Assembly (NCBI GenBank): GCA_043228905.1
Contig: JBHGNT010000010.1
Location: 248,001 to 312,000, forward strand
Direction: 5' to 3'
DNA length: 64,000 nt
DNA from: Azolla caroliniana
Lineage: Eukaryota; Plantae; Polypodiophyta
Shown: positions 40,700 to 54,100 of the stretch, one piece after another
How the letters are laid out: each line of letters opens with the position of its first letter
Numbering within the stretch: the first letter of the stretch is position 1
Notes under the pieces: generated by a model
The model's input: only the letters and a program-made list of their open reading frames with translations
Told to the model about the DNA's origin: nothing
Databases searched by the model: none
Translations under genes and position numbers: made by a program

Positions 40700-43600
40700 T
40701 CGACCTGAGTTTCAAAATCTTGATTTTTTAATTCCATATCATAGGTAGCGTTGTTAGCTTCGATTCGCATCTTTGAACACAAAAATCCGGGAATGACATG
40801 AGCCAGGTATGAATATTTTAATTTACTCACGCGCTCTTCTCAACTCCCTCTTCAAATTTGGTAATTGTTTCATGTCTCTCGACCTGAGTTTCAAAATCTT
40901 GATTTTTTAATTCCATAGTCTAGGTAGCATTGTTAGCTTCGAATCGCAAGTTTGAACACAAAAATCCGAGATCACACGAGCCAGGTATGAACATTTTAAT
41001 TTACTCACGGGCTCCTCTCAACTCCTTCTTCTAACTTGTTACTTTCTTCATGTCTCTCGAGCTGAGTTTCAAAATCTTGATTTTTTAATTCCATATCATA
41101 GGTAGCGTTGTTAGCTTCGATTCGCATCTTTGAACACAAAAATCCGGGATCACACGAGCCAGGTATGAACATTTTAATTTACTCACGCGCTCTTCTCAAC
41201 TCCCTCTTCAAATTTGGTAATTTCTTCATGTCTCTCGACCTGAGTTTCAAAATCTTGATTGTTTAATTCCATATCATAGGTAGCGTTGTTAGCTTCGATT
41301 CGCATGTTTGAACACAAAAATCCGAGATCACACGAGCCAGGTATGAACATTTTAATTTACTCATGGGCTCTTCTCAACTCCCTCCTCAAATTTGGTAATT
41401 TCTTCATGTCTCTCGACCTGAGTTTCAAAATCTTGATTTTTTAATTCCATATCTTAGGTAGCGTTGTTAGCTTCGAATCGCAAGTTTGAACACAAAAATC
41501 CGAGATCACACGAGCCAGGTATGAAAATTTTAAATTAGTCACGGGCTCTTCTGAACTCCTTCTTCTAACTTGCCAATTTCTTCATGTCTCTCGACCTGAG
41601 TTTCAAAATCTTGATTTTTTAATTCCATATCATAGGTAGCGTTGTTAGCTTCGAATCGCATGTTTGACACAAAAATCCGATATCACATGGGCCAGGTATG
41701 AACATTTTAATTTACTCACGGGCTCTTCTCGACTCCCTCTTCTAACTTGCCAATTTCTTCATGTCCTTCGACCTGAGTTTCAAAATCTTGATTTTTTAAT
41801 TCCATATCATAGGTACCGTTGTTAGCTTCGATTCGCATGTTTGAACACAGAAATCCGGGATCACACGAGCCAGGTATGAACATTTTAATTTACTCACGGG
41901 CTCTTCTCAACTCCCTCCTAAAATTTGGTAATTTCTTCATGTCTCTCGACCTGAGTTTCAAAATCTTGATTTTTTAATTCCATATCTTAGGTAGCGTTGT
42001 TAGCTTCGATTCGCAAGTTTGAACACAAAAATCCGAGATCACACGAGCCAGGTATGAAAATTTTAAATTAGTCACGGGCTCTTCTCAACTCCCTCCTCAA
42101 ATTTGGTAATTTCTTCATGTCTCTCGACCTGAGTTTCAAAATCTTGATTTTTTAATTCCATATCTTAGGTAGCGTTGTTAGCTTCGAATCGCAAGTTTGA
42201 ACACAAAAATCCGAGATCACACGAGCCAGGTATGAACATTTTAATTTATTCACGCGCTCTTCTCAACTCCCTCCTCAAATTTGGTAATTTCTTCATGTCT
42301 CTCGACCTGAGTTTCAAAATCTTGATTTTTTAATTCCATATCATAGGTAGCGTTGTTAGCTTCGAATCGCAAGTTTGAACACAAAAATCCGAGATCACAC
42401 GAGCCAGGTATGAACATTTTAATTTATTCACGCGCTCTTCTCAACTCCCTCCTCAAATTTGGTAATTTCTTCATGTCTCTCGACCTGAGTTTCAAAATCT
42501 TGATTTTTTAATTCCATATCATAGGTAGCGTTGTTAGCTTCGAATCGCAAGTTTGAAGACAAAAATCCGAGATCACACGAGCCAGGTATGAACATTTTAA
42601 TTACTCATGCGCTCTTCTCAACTCCCTCCTAAAATTTGGTAATTTCTTCATGTGTCTCGACCTGAGTTTCAGAATCTTGGTTTTTTAATTCCATTTTATA
42701 GGTAGCATTGGTAGCTTCGATTCGCATCTTTGAACACTAAAATCCGATATCACATGGGCCAGGTATTAACATTTTAATTTACTCATGCGCTCTTCTCAAC
42801 TCCCTCCTAAAATTTGATAATTGCTTCATGTCTCTCGACCTGAGTTTCAAAATCTTGATTTTTTCTCTCCATATCATAGGTAGCGTTGTTAGATTCGTAT
42901 CACATGTTTGAACACAAAAATCCGAGATCACACGAGCCAGGTATGAACATTTTAATTTACTCATGGGCTCTTCTCAACTCCCTCCTCAAATTTGGTAATT
43001 TCTTCATGTCTCTCGACCTGAGTTTCAAAATCTTGATTTTTTAATTCTATATCATAGGTAGCGTTGTTAGCTTCGAATCGCATGTTTGAATACAAAAATC
43101 CGGGAACACACGAGCCAGGTATGAACATTTTAATTTACTCACGGGCTCCTCTCAACTCCCTCCTAAAATTTGGTAATTTCTTCATGACTCTCGACCTGAG
43201 TTTCAATATCCTGATTTTTTAATTCCATATTCTAGGTAGCGTTGTTAGCTTCGAATCACAAGTTTGAACACAAAAATCCGAGATCACACGAGCCAGGTAT
43301 GAACATTTTAAATTAGTCACGGACTCTTCTCAACTCCTTCTTCTAAATTGCCAATTTCTTCATGTCTCTCGACCTGAGTTTCAAAATCTTGATTTTTTAA
43401 CTCCATATCATAGGTAGCGTTGTTAGCTTCGATTCGCATCTTTGAACACAAAAATCCGGGATCACACGAGCCAGGTATGAACATTTTAATTTACTCACGC
43501 GCTCTTCTCAACTCCCTCTTCAAATTTGGTAATTGTTTCATGTCTCTCGACCTGAGTTTCAAAATCTTGATTTTTTAATTCCATAGTCTAGGTAGCATTG

Positions 43601-46000
43601 TTAGCTTCGAATCGCAAGTTTGAACACAAAAATCCGAGATCACACGAGCCAGGTATGAACATTTTAATTTACTCACGGGCTCCTCTCAACTCCTTCTTCT
43701 AACTTGTTACTTTCTTCATGTCTCTCGAGCTGAGTTTCAAAATCTTGATTTTTTAATTCCATATCATAGGTAGCGTTGTTAGCTTCGATTCGCATCTTTG
43801 AACACAAAAATCCGGGATCACACGAGCCAGGTATGAACATTTTAATTTACTCACGCGCTCTTCTCAACTCCCTCTTCAAATTTGGTAATTTCTTCATGTC
43901 TCTCGACCTGAGTTTCAAAATCTTGATTGTTTAATTCCATATCATAGGTAGCGTCGTTAGCTTCGATTCGCATGTTTGAACACAAAAATCCGAGATCACA
44001 CGAGCCAGGTATGAACATTTTAATTTACTCATGGGCTCTTCTCAACTCCCTCCTCAAATTTGGTAATTTCTTCATGTCTCTCGACCTGAGTTTCAAAATC
44101 TTGATTTTTTAATTCCATATCTTAGGTAGCGTTGTTAGCTTCGAATCGCAAGTTTGAACACAAAAATCCGAGATCACACGAGCCAGGTATGAAAATTTTA
44201 AATTAGTCACGGGCTCTTCTGAACTCCTTCTTCTAACTTGCCAATTTCTTCATGTCTCTCGACCTGAGTTTCAAAATCTTGATTTTTTAATTCCATATCA
44301 TAGGTAGCGTTGTTAGCTTCGAATCGCATGTTTGACACAAAAATCCGATATCACATGGGCCAGGTATGAACATTTTAATTTACTCACGGGCTCTTCTCGA
44401 CTCCCTCTTCTAACTTGCCAATTTCTTCATGTCCTTCGACCTGAGTTTCAAAATCTTGATTTTTTAATTCCATATCATAGGTACCGTTGTTAGCTTCGAT
44501 TCGCATGTTTGAACACAGAAATCCGGGATCACACGAGCCAGGTATGAACATTTTAATTTACTCACGGGCTCTTCTCAACTCCCTCCTAAAATTTGGTAAT
44601 TTCTTCATGTCTCTCGACCTGAGTTTCAAAATCTTGATTTTTTAATTCCATATCTTAGGTAGCGTTGTTAGCTTCGATTCGCAAGTTTGAACACAAAAAT
44701 CCGAGATCACACGAGCCAGGTATGAAAATTTTAAATTAGTCACGGGCTCTTCTCAACTCCCTCCTCAAATTTGGTAATTTCTTCATGTCTCTCGACCTGA
44801 GTTTCAAAATCTTGATTTTTTAATTCCATATCTTAGGTAGCGTTGTTAGCTTCGAATCGCAAGTTTGAACACAAAAATCCGAGATCACACGAGCCAGGTA
44901 TGAACATTTTAATTTATTCACGCGCTCTTCTCAACTCCCTCCTCAAATTTGGTAATTTCTTCATGTCTCTCGACCTGAGTTTCAAAATCTTGATTTTTTA
45001 ATTCCATATCATAGGTAGCGTTGTTAGTTTCGAATCGCAAGTTTGAACACAAAAATCCGAGATCACACGAGCCAGGTATGAACATTTTAATTACTCATGC
45101 GCTCTTCTCAACTCCCTCCTAAAATTTGGTAATTTCTTCATGTGTCTCGACCTGAGTTTCAGAATCTTGGTTTTTTAATTCCATTTTATAGGTAGCATTG
45201 GTAGCTTCGATTCGCATCTTTGAACACTAAAATCCGATATCACATGGGCCAGGTATTAACATTTTAATTTACTCATGCGCTCTTCTCAACTCCCTCCTAA
45301 AATTTGATAATTGCTTCATGTCTCTCGACCTGAGTTTCAAAATCTTGATTTTTTCTCTCCATATCATAGGTAGCGTTGTTAGATTCGTATCACATGTTTG
45401 AACACAAAAATCCGAGATCACACGAGCCAGGTATGAACATTTTAATTTACTCATGGGCTCTTCTCAACTCCCTCCTCAAATTTGGTAATTTCTTCATGTC
45501 TCTCGACCTGAGTTTCAAAATCTTGATTTTTTAATTCCATATCTTAGGTAGCGTTGTTAGCTTCGAATCGCAAGTTTGAACACAAAAATCCGAGATCACA
45601 CGAGCCAGGTATGTAAATTTTAAATTAGTCACGGGCTCTTCTGAACTCCTTCTTCTAACTTGCCAATTTCTTCATGTCTCTCGCCCTGAGTTTCAAAATC
45701 TTGATTTTTTAATTCCATATCATAGGTAGCGTTGTTAGCTTCGAATCGCATGTTTGACACAAAAATCCGATATCACATGGGCCAGGTATGAACATTTTAA
45801 TTTACTCACGGGCTCTTCTCGACTCCCTCTTCTAACTTGCCAATTTCTTCATGTCCTTCGACCTGAGTTTCAAAATCTTGATTTTTTAATTCCATATCAT
45901 AGGTACCGTTGTTAGCTTCGATTCGCATGTTTGAACACAGAAATCCGGGATCACACGAGCCAGGTATGAACATTTTAATTTACTCACGGGCTCTTCTCAA
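40700..46000. repeat. 14/15-mer duplication followed by an 8-mer-offset partial third copy
   Basis: GTCCTTCG at 41763/44431/45853 (+2668, +1422); AGAATCTTGG at 42671/45161 (+2490); TTTGACAC deletion, GGTACC and CTGAACTCC variants co-occur. Confidence 0.85.
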
Positions 46001-49000
46001 CTCCTTCTTCTAACTTGCCAATTTCTTCATGTCTCTCGACCTGAGTTTCAAAATCTTGATTTTTTAATTCCATATCATAGGTAGCGTTGTTAGCTTCGAT
46101 TCGCATCTTTGAACACAAAAATCCGGGATCACACGAGCCAGGTATGAACATTTGAATTTACTCACGCGCTCTTCTCAACTCCCTCTTCAAATTTGGTAAT
46201 TGCTTCATGTCTCTCGACCTGAGTTTCAAAATCTTGATTTTTTTATTCTATATCATAGGTAGCGTTGTTAGCTTCGAATCACATGTTTGAACAGAAAAAT
46301 CCAGGATCACACGAGCCAGGTATGAACATTTTAATTTATTCACGCGCTCTTCTCAACTCCCTCTTCTAACTTGCCAATTTCTTCATGTCTCTCGACCTGA
46401 GTTTCAAAATCTTGATTTTTTAATTCCATATCATAGGTAGCGTTCTTAGCTTCGATTCGCATGTTTGAACACAGAAATCCGGGATCATACGAGCTAGGTA
46501 TGAACATTTTAATTTACTCACAGGCTCCTCTCAACTCCGTCCTCAAATTTGGTAATTTCTTCATGTCTCTCGACTTGAGTTTCAAAATCTTGATTTTTTA
46601 ATTCCATATCATAGGTAGCGTTGTTATCTTCGAATCGCAAGTTTGAACACAACAATTCGGGATCACACGAGCCAGGTATGAACATTTTAATTTATTCACG
46701 CGCTCTTCTCAACTCCCTCCTCAAATTTGGTAATTTCTTCATGTCTCTCGACCTGAGTTTCAAAATCTTGATTTTTTAATTCCATATCATAGGTAGCGTT
46801 GTTAGCTTCGATTCGCATGTTTGAACACAGAAATCCGGGATCACACGAGCCAGGTATGAACATTTTAAATTAGTCACGGGCTCTTCTCAACTCCTTCTTC
46901 TAACTTGCCAATTTCTTCATGTCCCTCGACCTGAGTTTCAATATCTTGATTTTTTAATTCCATATCTTAGGTAGCGTTGTTAGCTTCGAATCGCAAGTTT
47001 GAACACAAAAATCTGATATCACATGGGCCAGGTATGAACATTTTAATTTACTCACGGGCTCCTCTCAACCCCTTCTTCTAACTTGCCAATTTCTTCATGT
47101 CTCTCGACCTGAGTTTCAAAATCTTGATTTTTTAATTCCATGTCATAGGTAGCGTTGTTAGCTTTGATTCGCATCTTTGAACACAAAAATCCGGGATCAC
47201 ACGAGCCAGGTATGAACATTTTAATTTACTCACGCGCTCTTCTCAACTCCTTCTTCAAATTTGGTAATTTCTTCATGTCTCTCGACCTGAGTTTCAAAAT
47301 CTTGATTGTTTAATTCCATATCATAGGTAGCGTTGTTAGCTTCGATTCGCAAGTTTGAACACAAAAATCCGAGATCACACGAGCCAGGTATGAACATTTT
47401 AATTACTCATGCGCTCTTCTCAACTCCCTCCTAACATTTGGTAATTTCTTCATGTCTCTCGACCTGAGTTTCAAAATCTTGATTTTTTAATTCCATATCA
47501 TAGGTAGCGTTTTGAGCTTCGATTCGCATGTTTGAACACAAAAATCCGATATCACATGGGCCAGGTATGAACATTTTAATTTACTCACGGGCTCTTCTCA
47601 ACTCCCTCTTCTTACTTGCCAATTTCTTCATGTCTCTCGACCTGAGTTTCAAAATCTTGATTTTTTAATTCCATATCATAGGTAGCGTTGTTAGCTTCGA
47701 TTCGCATGTTTGAACACAGAAATCCGGGATCACACGAGCCAGGTATGAACATTTTAATTTACTCACGGGCTCCTCTCAACTCCTTCTTCTAACTTGCCAA
47801 TTTCTTCATGTCTCTCGACCTGAGTTTCAAAATCTGAGATCACACGAGCCAGGTATGAACATTTTAATTTACTCACGGGCTCCTCTCAACTCCCTCCTCA
47901 AATTTGGTAATTTCTTCATGTCTCTCGACCTGAGTTTCAATATCTTGATTTTTTAATTCCATAGTCTAGGTAGCGTTGTTAGCTTCGAATCGCAAGTTTG
48001 AACACAAAAATCCGAGATCACACGAGCCAGGTATGAACATTTTAAATTAGTCACGGGCTCTTCTCAACTCCTTCTTCTAACTTGCCAATTTCTTCATGTC
48101 TCTCGACCTGAGTTTCAAAATCTTGATTTTTTAATTCCATATCATAGGTAGCGTTGTTAGCTTCGATTCGCATGTTTGAACACAAAAATCCGATATCACA
48201 TGCGCCAGGTATGAACATTTTAATTTACTCACGGGCTCTTCTCAACTCCCTCTTCTAACTTGCCAATTTCTTCATGTCTCTCGACCTGAGTTTCAAAATC
48301 TTGATTTTTTAATTCCATATCATAGGTAGCGTTGTTAGCTTCGATTCGCATGTTTTAACACAGAAATCCGGGATCACACGAGCCAGGTATGAACATTTTA
48401 ATTTACTCACGGGCTCCTCTCAACTCCTTCTTCTAACTTGCCAATTTCTTCATGTCTCTCGACCTGAGTTTCAAAATCTTGATTTTTTAATTCCATATCA
48501 TAGGTAGCGTTGTTAGCTTCGATTCGCATCTTTGAACACAAAAATCCGGGATCACACGAGCCAGGTATGAACATTTGAATTTACTCACGCGCTCTTCTCA
48601 ACTCCCTCTTCAAATTTGGTAATTGCTTCATGTCTCTCGACCTGAGTTTCAAAATCTTGATTTTTTTATTCTATATCATAGGTAGCGTTGTTAGCTTCGA
48701 ATCACATGTTTGAACAGAAAAATCCAGGATCACACGAGCCAGGTATGAACATTTTAATTTACTCACAGGCTCCTCTCAACTCCCTCCTCAAATTTGGTAA
48801 TTTCTTCATGTCTCTCGACCTGAGTTTCAAGATCTTGATTTTTTAATTCCATATCTTAGGTAGCGTTGTTAGCTTCGAATCGCAAGTTTGAACACAAAAA
48901 TCCGATATCACATGGGCCAGGTATGAACATTTTAATTTACTCATGGGCTCCTCTCAACCCCTTCTTCTAACTTGCCAATTTCTTCATGTCCCTCGACCTG

Positions 49001-51199
49001 AGTTTCAAAATCTTGATTTTTTAATTCCATATCATAGGTAGCGTTGTTAGCTTCGATTCGCATCTTTGAACACAAAAATCCGGGATCACACGAGCCATGT
49101 ATGAATATTTTAATTTCCTCACGCGCTCTTCTCAACTCCCTCTTCAAATTTGGTAATTTCTTCATGTCTCTCGACCTGAGTTTCAAAATCTTGATTGTTT
49201 AATTCCATATCATAGGTAGCGTTGTTAGCTTCGATTCGCAAGTTTGAACACAAAAATCCGGGATCACACGAGCCAGGTATGAACATTTTAATTACTCATG
49301 CGCTCTTCTCAACTCCCTCCTAAAATTTGGTAATTTCTTCATGTCTCTCGACCTGAGTTTCAAAATCTTGATTTTTTAATTCCATATCTTAGGTAGCGTT
49401 GTTAGCTTCGATTCGCATGTTTGAACACAGAAATCCGGGATCACACGAGCCAGGTATGAACATTTTAATTTACTCACGGGCTCCTCTCAACTCCTTCTTC
49501 TAACTTGCCAATTTCTTCATGTCTCTCGACCTGAGTTTCAAAATCTTGATTTTTTAATTCCATATCATAGGTAGCGTTGTTAGCTTCGATTCGCATCTTT
49601 GAACACAAAAATCCGGGATCACATGAGCCAGGTATGAACATTTTAATTTACTCACGCGCTCTTCTCAACTCCCTCTTCAAATTTGGTAATTGCTTCATGT
49701 CTCTCGACCTGAGTTTCAAAATCTTGATTTTTTTATTATATATCATATGTAGCGTTGTTAGCTTCGAATCACATGTTTGAACACAAAAATCCAGGATCAC
49801 ACGAGCCAGGTATGAACATTTTAATTTACTCACGGGCTCCTCTCAACTCCCTCCTCAAATTTGATAATTTCTTCATGTCTCTCGACCTGAGTTTCAATAT
49901 CTTGATTTTTTAAATCCATAGTGTAGGTAGCGTTGTTAGCTTCGAATCGCAAGTTTGAACACAAAAATACGAGATCACACGAGCCAGGTATGAACATTTT
50001 AATTTACTCACGGGCTCCTCTCAACTCCTTCTTCTAACTTGTTACTTTCTTCATGTCTCTCGACCTGAGTTTCAAAATCTTGATTTTTTAATTCCATATC
50101 ATAGGTAGCGTTGTTAGCTTCGATTCGCATCTTTGAACACAAAAATCCGGGATCACACGAGCCAGGTATGAACATTTTAATTTACTCACGCGCTCTTCTC
50201 AACTCCCTCTTCAAATTTGGTAATTTCTTCATGTCTCTCGACCTGAGTTTCAAAATCTTGATTGTTTAATTCCATATCATAGGTAGCGTTGTTAGCTTCG
50301 ATTCGCAAGTTTGAACACAAAAATCCGAGATCACACGAGCCAGGTATGAACATTTTAATTACTGATGCCCTCTTCTCAACTCCCTCCTAAAATTTGGTAA
50401 TTTCTTCATGTCTGTCGACCTGAGTTTCAAAATCTTGATTTTTTAATTCCATATCATAGGTAGCGTTGTTAGCTTCGAATCACATGTTTAAACACAAAAA
50501 TCCAGGATCACACGAGCCAGGTATGAACATTTTAATTTACTCACGGGCTCCTCTCAACTCCCTCCTCAAATTTGATAATTTCTTCATGTCTCTCGAGCTG
50601 AGTTTCAATATCTTGATTTTTTAATTCCATAGTCTAGGTAGCGTTGTTAGCTTCGAATCGCAAGTTTGAACACAAAAATACGAGATCACACGAGCCAGGT
50701 ATGAACATTTTAATTTACTCACGGGCTCCTCTCAACTCCTTTTTCTAACTTGTTACTTTCTTCATGTCTCTCGACCTGAGTTTCAAAATCTTGATTTTTT
50801 AATTCCATATCATAGGTAGCGTTGTTAGCTTCGATTCGCATCTTTGAACACAAAAATCCGGGATCACACGAGCCAGGTATGAACATTTTAATTTACTCAT
50901 GCGCTCTTCTCAACTCCCTCCTAAAATTTGGTAATTTCTTCATGTCTCTCGACCTGAGTTTCAATATCTTGATTGTTTAATTCCATATCATAGGTAGCGT
51001 TGTTAGCTTCGATTCGCAAGTTTGAACACAAAAATCCGAGATCACACGAGCCAGGTATGAACATTTTAATTACTGATGCGCTCTTCTCAACTCCCTCCTA
51101 AAATTTGGTAATTTCTTCATGTCTCTCGACCTGAGTTTCAAAATCTTGATTTTTTAATTCCATATCATAGGTAGCGTTGTTAGCTTCGATTCGCATCTT

Positions 51200-54100
51200 T
51201 GAACACAAAAATCCGGGATCACACGAGCCAGGTATGAACATTTTAATTTACTCACGCGCTCTTCTCAACTCCCTCTTCAAATTTGGTAATTTCTTCATGT
51301 CTCTCGACCTGAGTTTCAAAATCTTGATTGTTTAATTCCAAATCATAGGTAGCGTTGTTAGCTTCGATTCGCAAGTTTGAACACAAAAATCCGAGATCAC
51401 ACGAGCCAGGTATGAACATTTTAATTACTGATGCGCTCTTCTCAACTCCCTCCTAAAATTTGGTAATTTCTTCATGTCTCTCGACCTGAGTTTCAAAATC
51501 TTGATTTTTTAATTCCATATCATAGGTAGCGTTTTTAGCTTCAATTCGCATGTTTGAACACAAAAACCCGATATCACATGGGCCAGGTATGAACATTTTA
51601 ATTTACTCACGGGCTCTTCTCAACTCCCTCTTCTAACTTGCCAATTTCTTCATGTCTCTCGACCTGAGTTTCAAAATCTTGATTTTTTAATTCCATATCA
51701 TAGGTAGCGTTGTTAGCTTCGATTCGCATCTTTGAACACAAAAATCCGGGATCACACGAGCCAGGTATGAATATTTTAATTTCCTCACGCGCTCTTCTCA
51801 ACTCCCTCTTCAAATTTGGTAATTTCTTCATGTCTCTCGACCTGAGTTTCAAAATCTTGATTGTTTAATTCCATATCATAGGTAGCGTTGTTAGCTTCGA
51901 TTCGCAAGTTTGAACACAAAAATCCGGGATCACACGAGCCAGGTATGAACATTTTAATTACTCATGCGCTCTTCTCAACTCCCTCCTAAAATTTGGTAAT
52001 TTCTTCATGTCTCTCGACCTGAGTTTCAAAATCTTGATTTTTTAATTCCATATAATAGGTAGCGTTGTTAGCTTCGATTCGCATGTTTGAACACAGAAAT
52101 CCGGGATCACACGAGCCAGGTATGAACATTTTAATTTTCTCACGGGCTCCTCTCAACTCCTTCTTCTAACTTGCCAATTTCTTCATGTCTCTCGACCTGA
52201 GTTTCAAAATCTTGATTTTTTAATTCCATATCATAGGTAGCGTTGTTAGCTTCGATTCGCATCTTTGAACACAAAAATCCGGGATCACATGAGCCAGGTA
52301 TGAACATTTTAATTTACTCACGCGCTCTTCTCAACTCCCTCTTCAAATTTGGTAATTGCTTCATGTCTCTCGACCTGAGTTTCAAAATCTTGATTTTTTT
52401 ATTATATATCATAGGTAGCGTTGTTAGCTTCGAATCACATGTTTGAACACAAAAATCCAGGATCACACGAGCCAGGTATGAACATTTTAATTTACTCACG
52501 GGCTCCTCTCAACTCCCTCCTCAAATTTGATAATTTCTTCATGTCTCTCGACCTGAGTTTCAATATCTTGATTTTTTAATTCCATAGTGTAGGTAGCGTT
52601 GTTAGCTTCGATTCGCATCTTTGAACACAAAAATCCGGGATCACACGAGCCAGGTATGAACATTTTAATTTACTCACGGGCTCCTTTCAACTCCTTCTTC
52701 TAACTTGCCAATTTCTTCATGTCTCTCGACCTGAGTTTCAAAATCTTGATTTTTTAACTCCATATCATAGGTAGCGTTGTTAGCTTCGATTCGCATCTTT
52801 GAACACAAAAATCCGGGATCACACGAGCCAGGTATGAACATTTTAATTTACTCACGCGCTCTTCTCAACTCCCTCTTCAAATTTGGTAATTGCTTCATGT
52901 CTCTCGACCTGAGTTTCAAAATCTTGATTTTTTTATTCTATATCATAGGTAGCGTTGTTAGCTTCGAATCACATGTTTGAACACAAAAATCCAGGATCAC
53001 ACGAGCCAGGTATGAACATTTTAATTTACTCACGGGCTCCTCTCAACTCCCTCCTCAAATTTGGTAATTTCTTCATGTCTCTCGACCTGAGTTTCAATAT
53101 CTTGATTTTTTAATTCCATATCTTAGGTAGCGTTGTTAGCTTCGAATCGCAAGTTTGAACACAAAAATCCGACATCACATGGGCCAGGTATGAACATTTT
53201 AATTTACTCACGGGCTCCTCTCAACCCCTTCTTCTAACTTGCCAATTTCTTCATGTCTCTCGACCTGAGCTTCAAAATGTTGATTTTTTAATTCCATATC
53301 ATAGGTAGCGTTGTTAGCTTCGATTCGCATCTTTGAACATATAAATCCGGGATCACACGAGCCAGGTATGAACATTTTAATTTACTCACGCGCTCTTCTC
53401 AACTCCCTCTTCAAAATTGGTAATTGCTTCATGTCTCTCGACCTGAGTTTCAAAATCTTGATTTTTTTATTCCATATCATAGGTAGCGTTGTTAGCTTCG
53501 AATCACATGTTTGAACACAAAAATCCGGGATCACACGAGCCAGGTATGAACATTTTAATTTACTCACGGGCTCCTCTCAACTCCCTCCTCAAATTTGGTA
53601 ATTTCTTCATGTCTCTCGACCTGAGTTTCAATATCTTGATTTTTTAATTCCATAGTCTAGGTAGCGTTGTTAGCTTCGAATCGCAAGTTTGAACACAAAA
53701 ATCCGAGATCACACGAGCCAGGTATGAACATTTTAAATTAGTCACGGGCTCTTCTCAACTCCTTCTTCTAACTTGCCAATTTCTTCATGTCTCTCGACCT
53801 GAGTTTCAAAATCTTGATTTTTTAATTCCATATCATAGGTAGCGTTGTTAGCTTCGATTCGCATCTTTGAACACATAAATCCGGGATCACACGAGCCAGG
53901 TATGAACATTTTAATTTACTCACGCGCTCTTCTCAACTCCCTCTTCAAATTTGGTAATTGCTTCATGTCTCTCGACCTGAGTTTCAAAATCTTGATTTTT
54001 TTATTCTATATCATAGGTAGCGTTGTTAGCTTCGAATCACATGTTTGAATACAAAAATCCGGGATCACACGAGCCAGGTATGAACATTTTAATTTACTCA

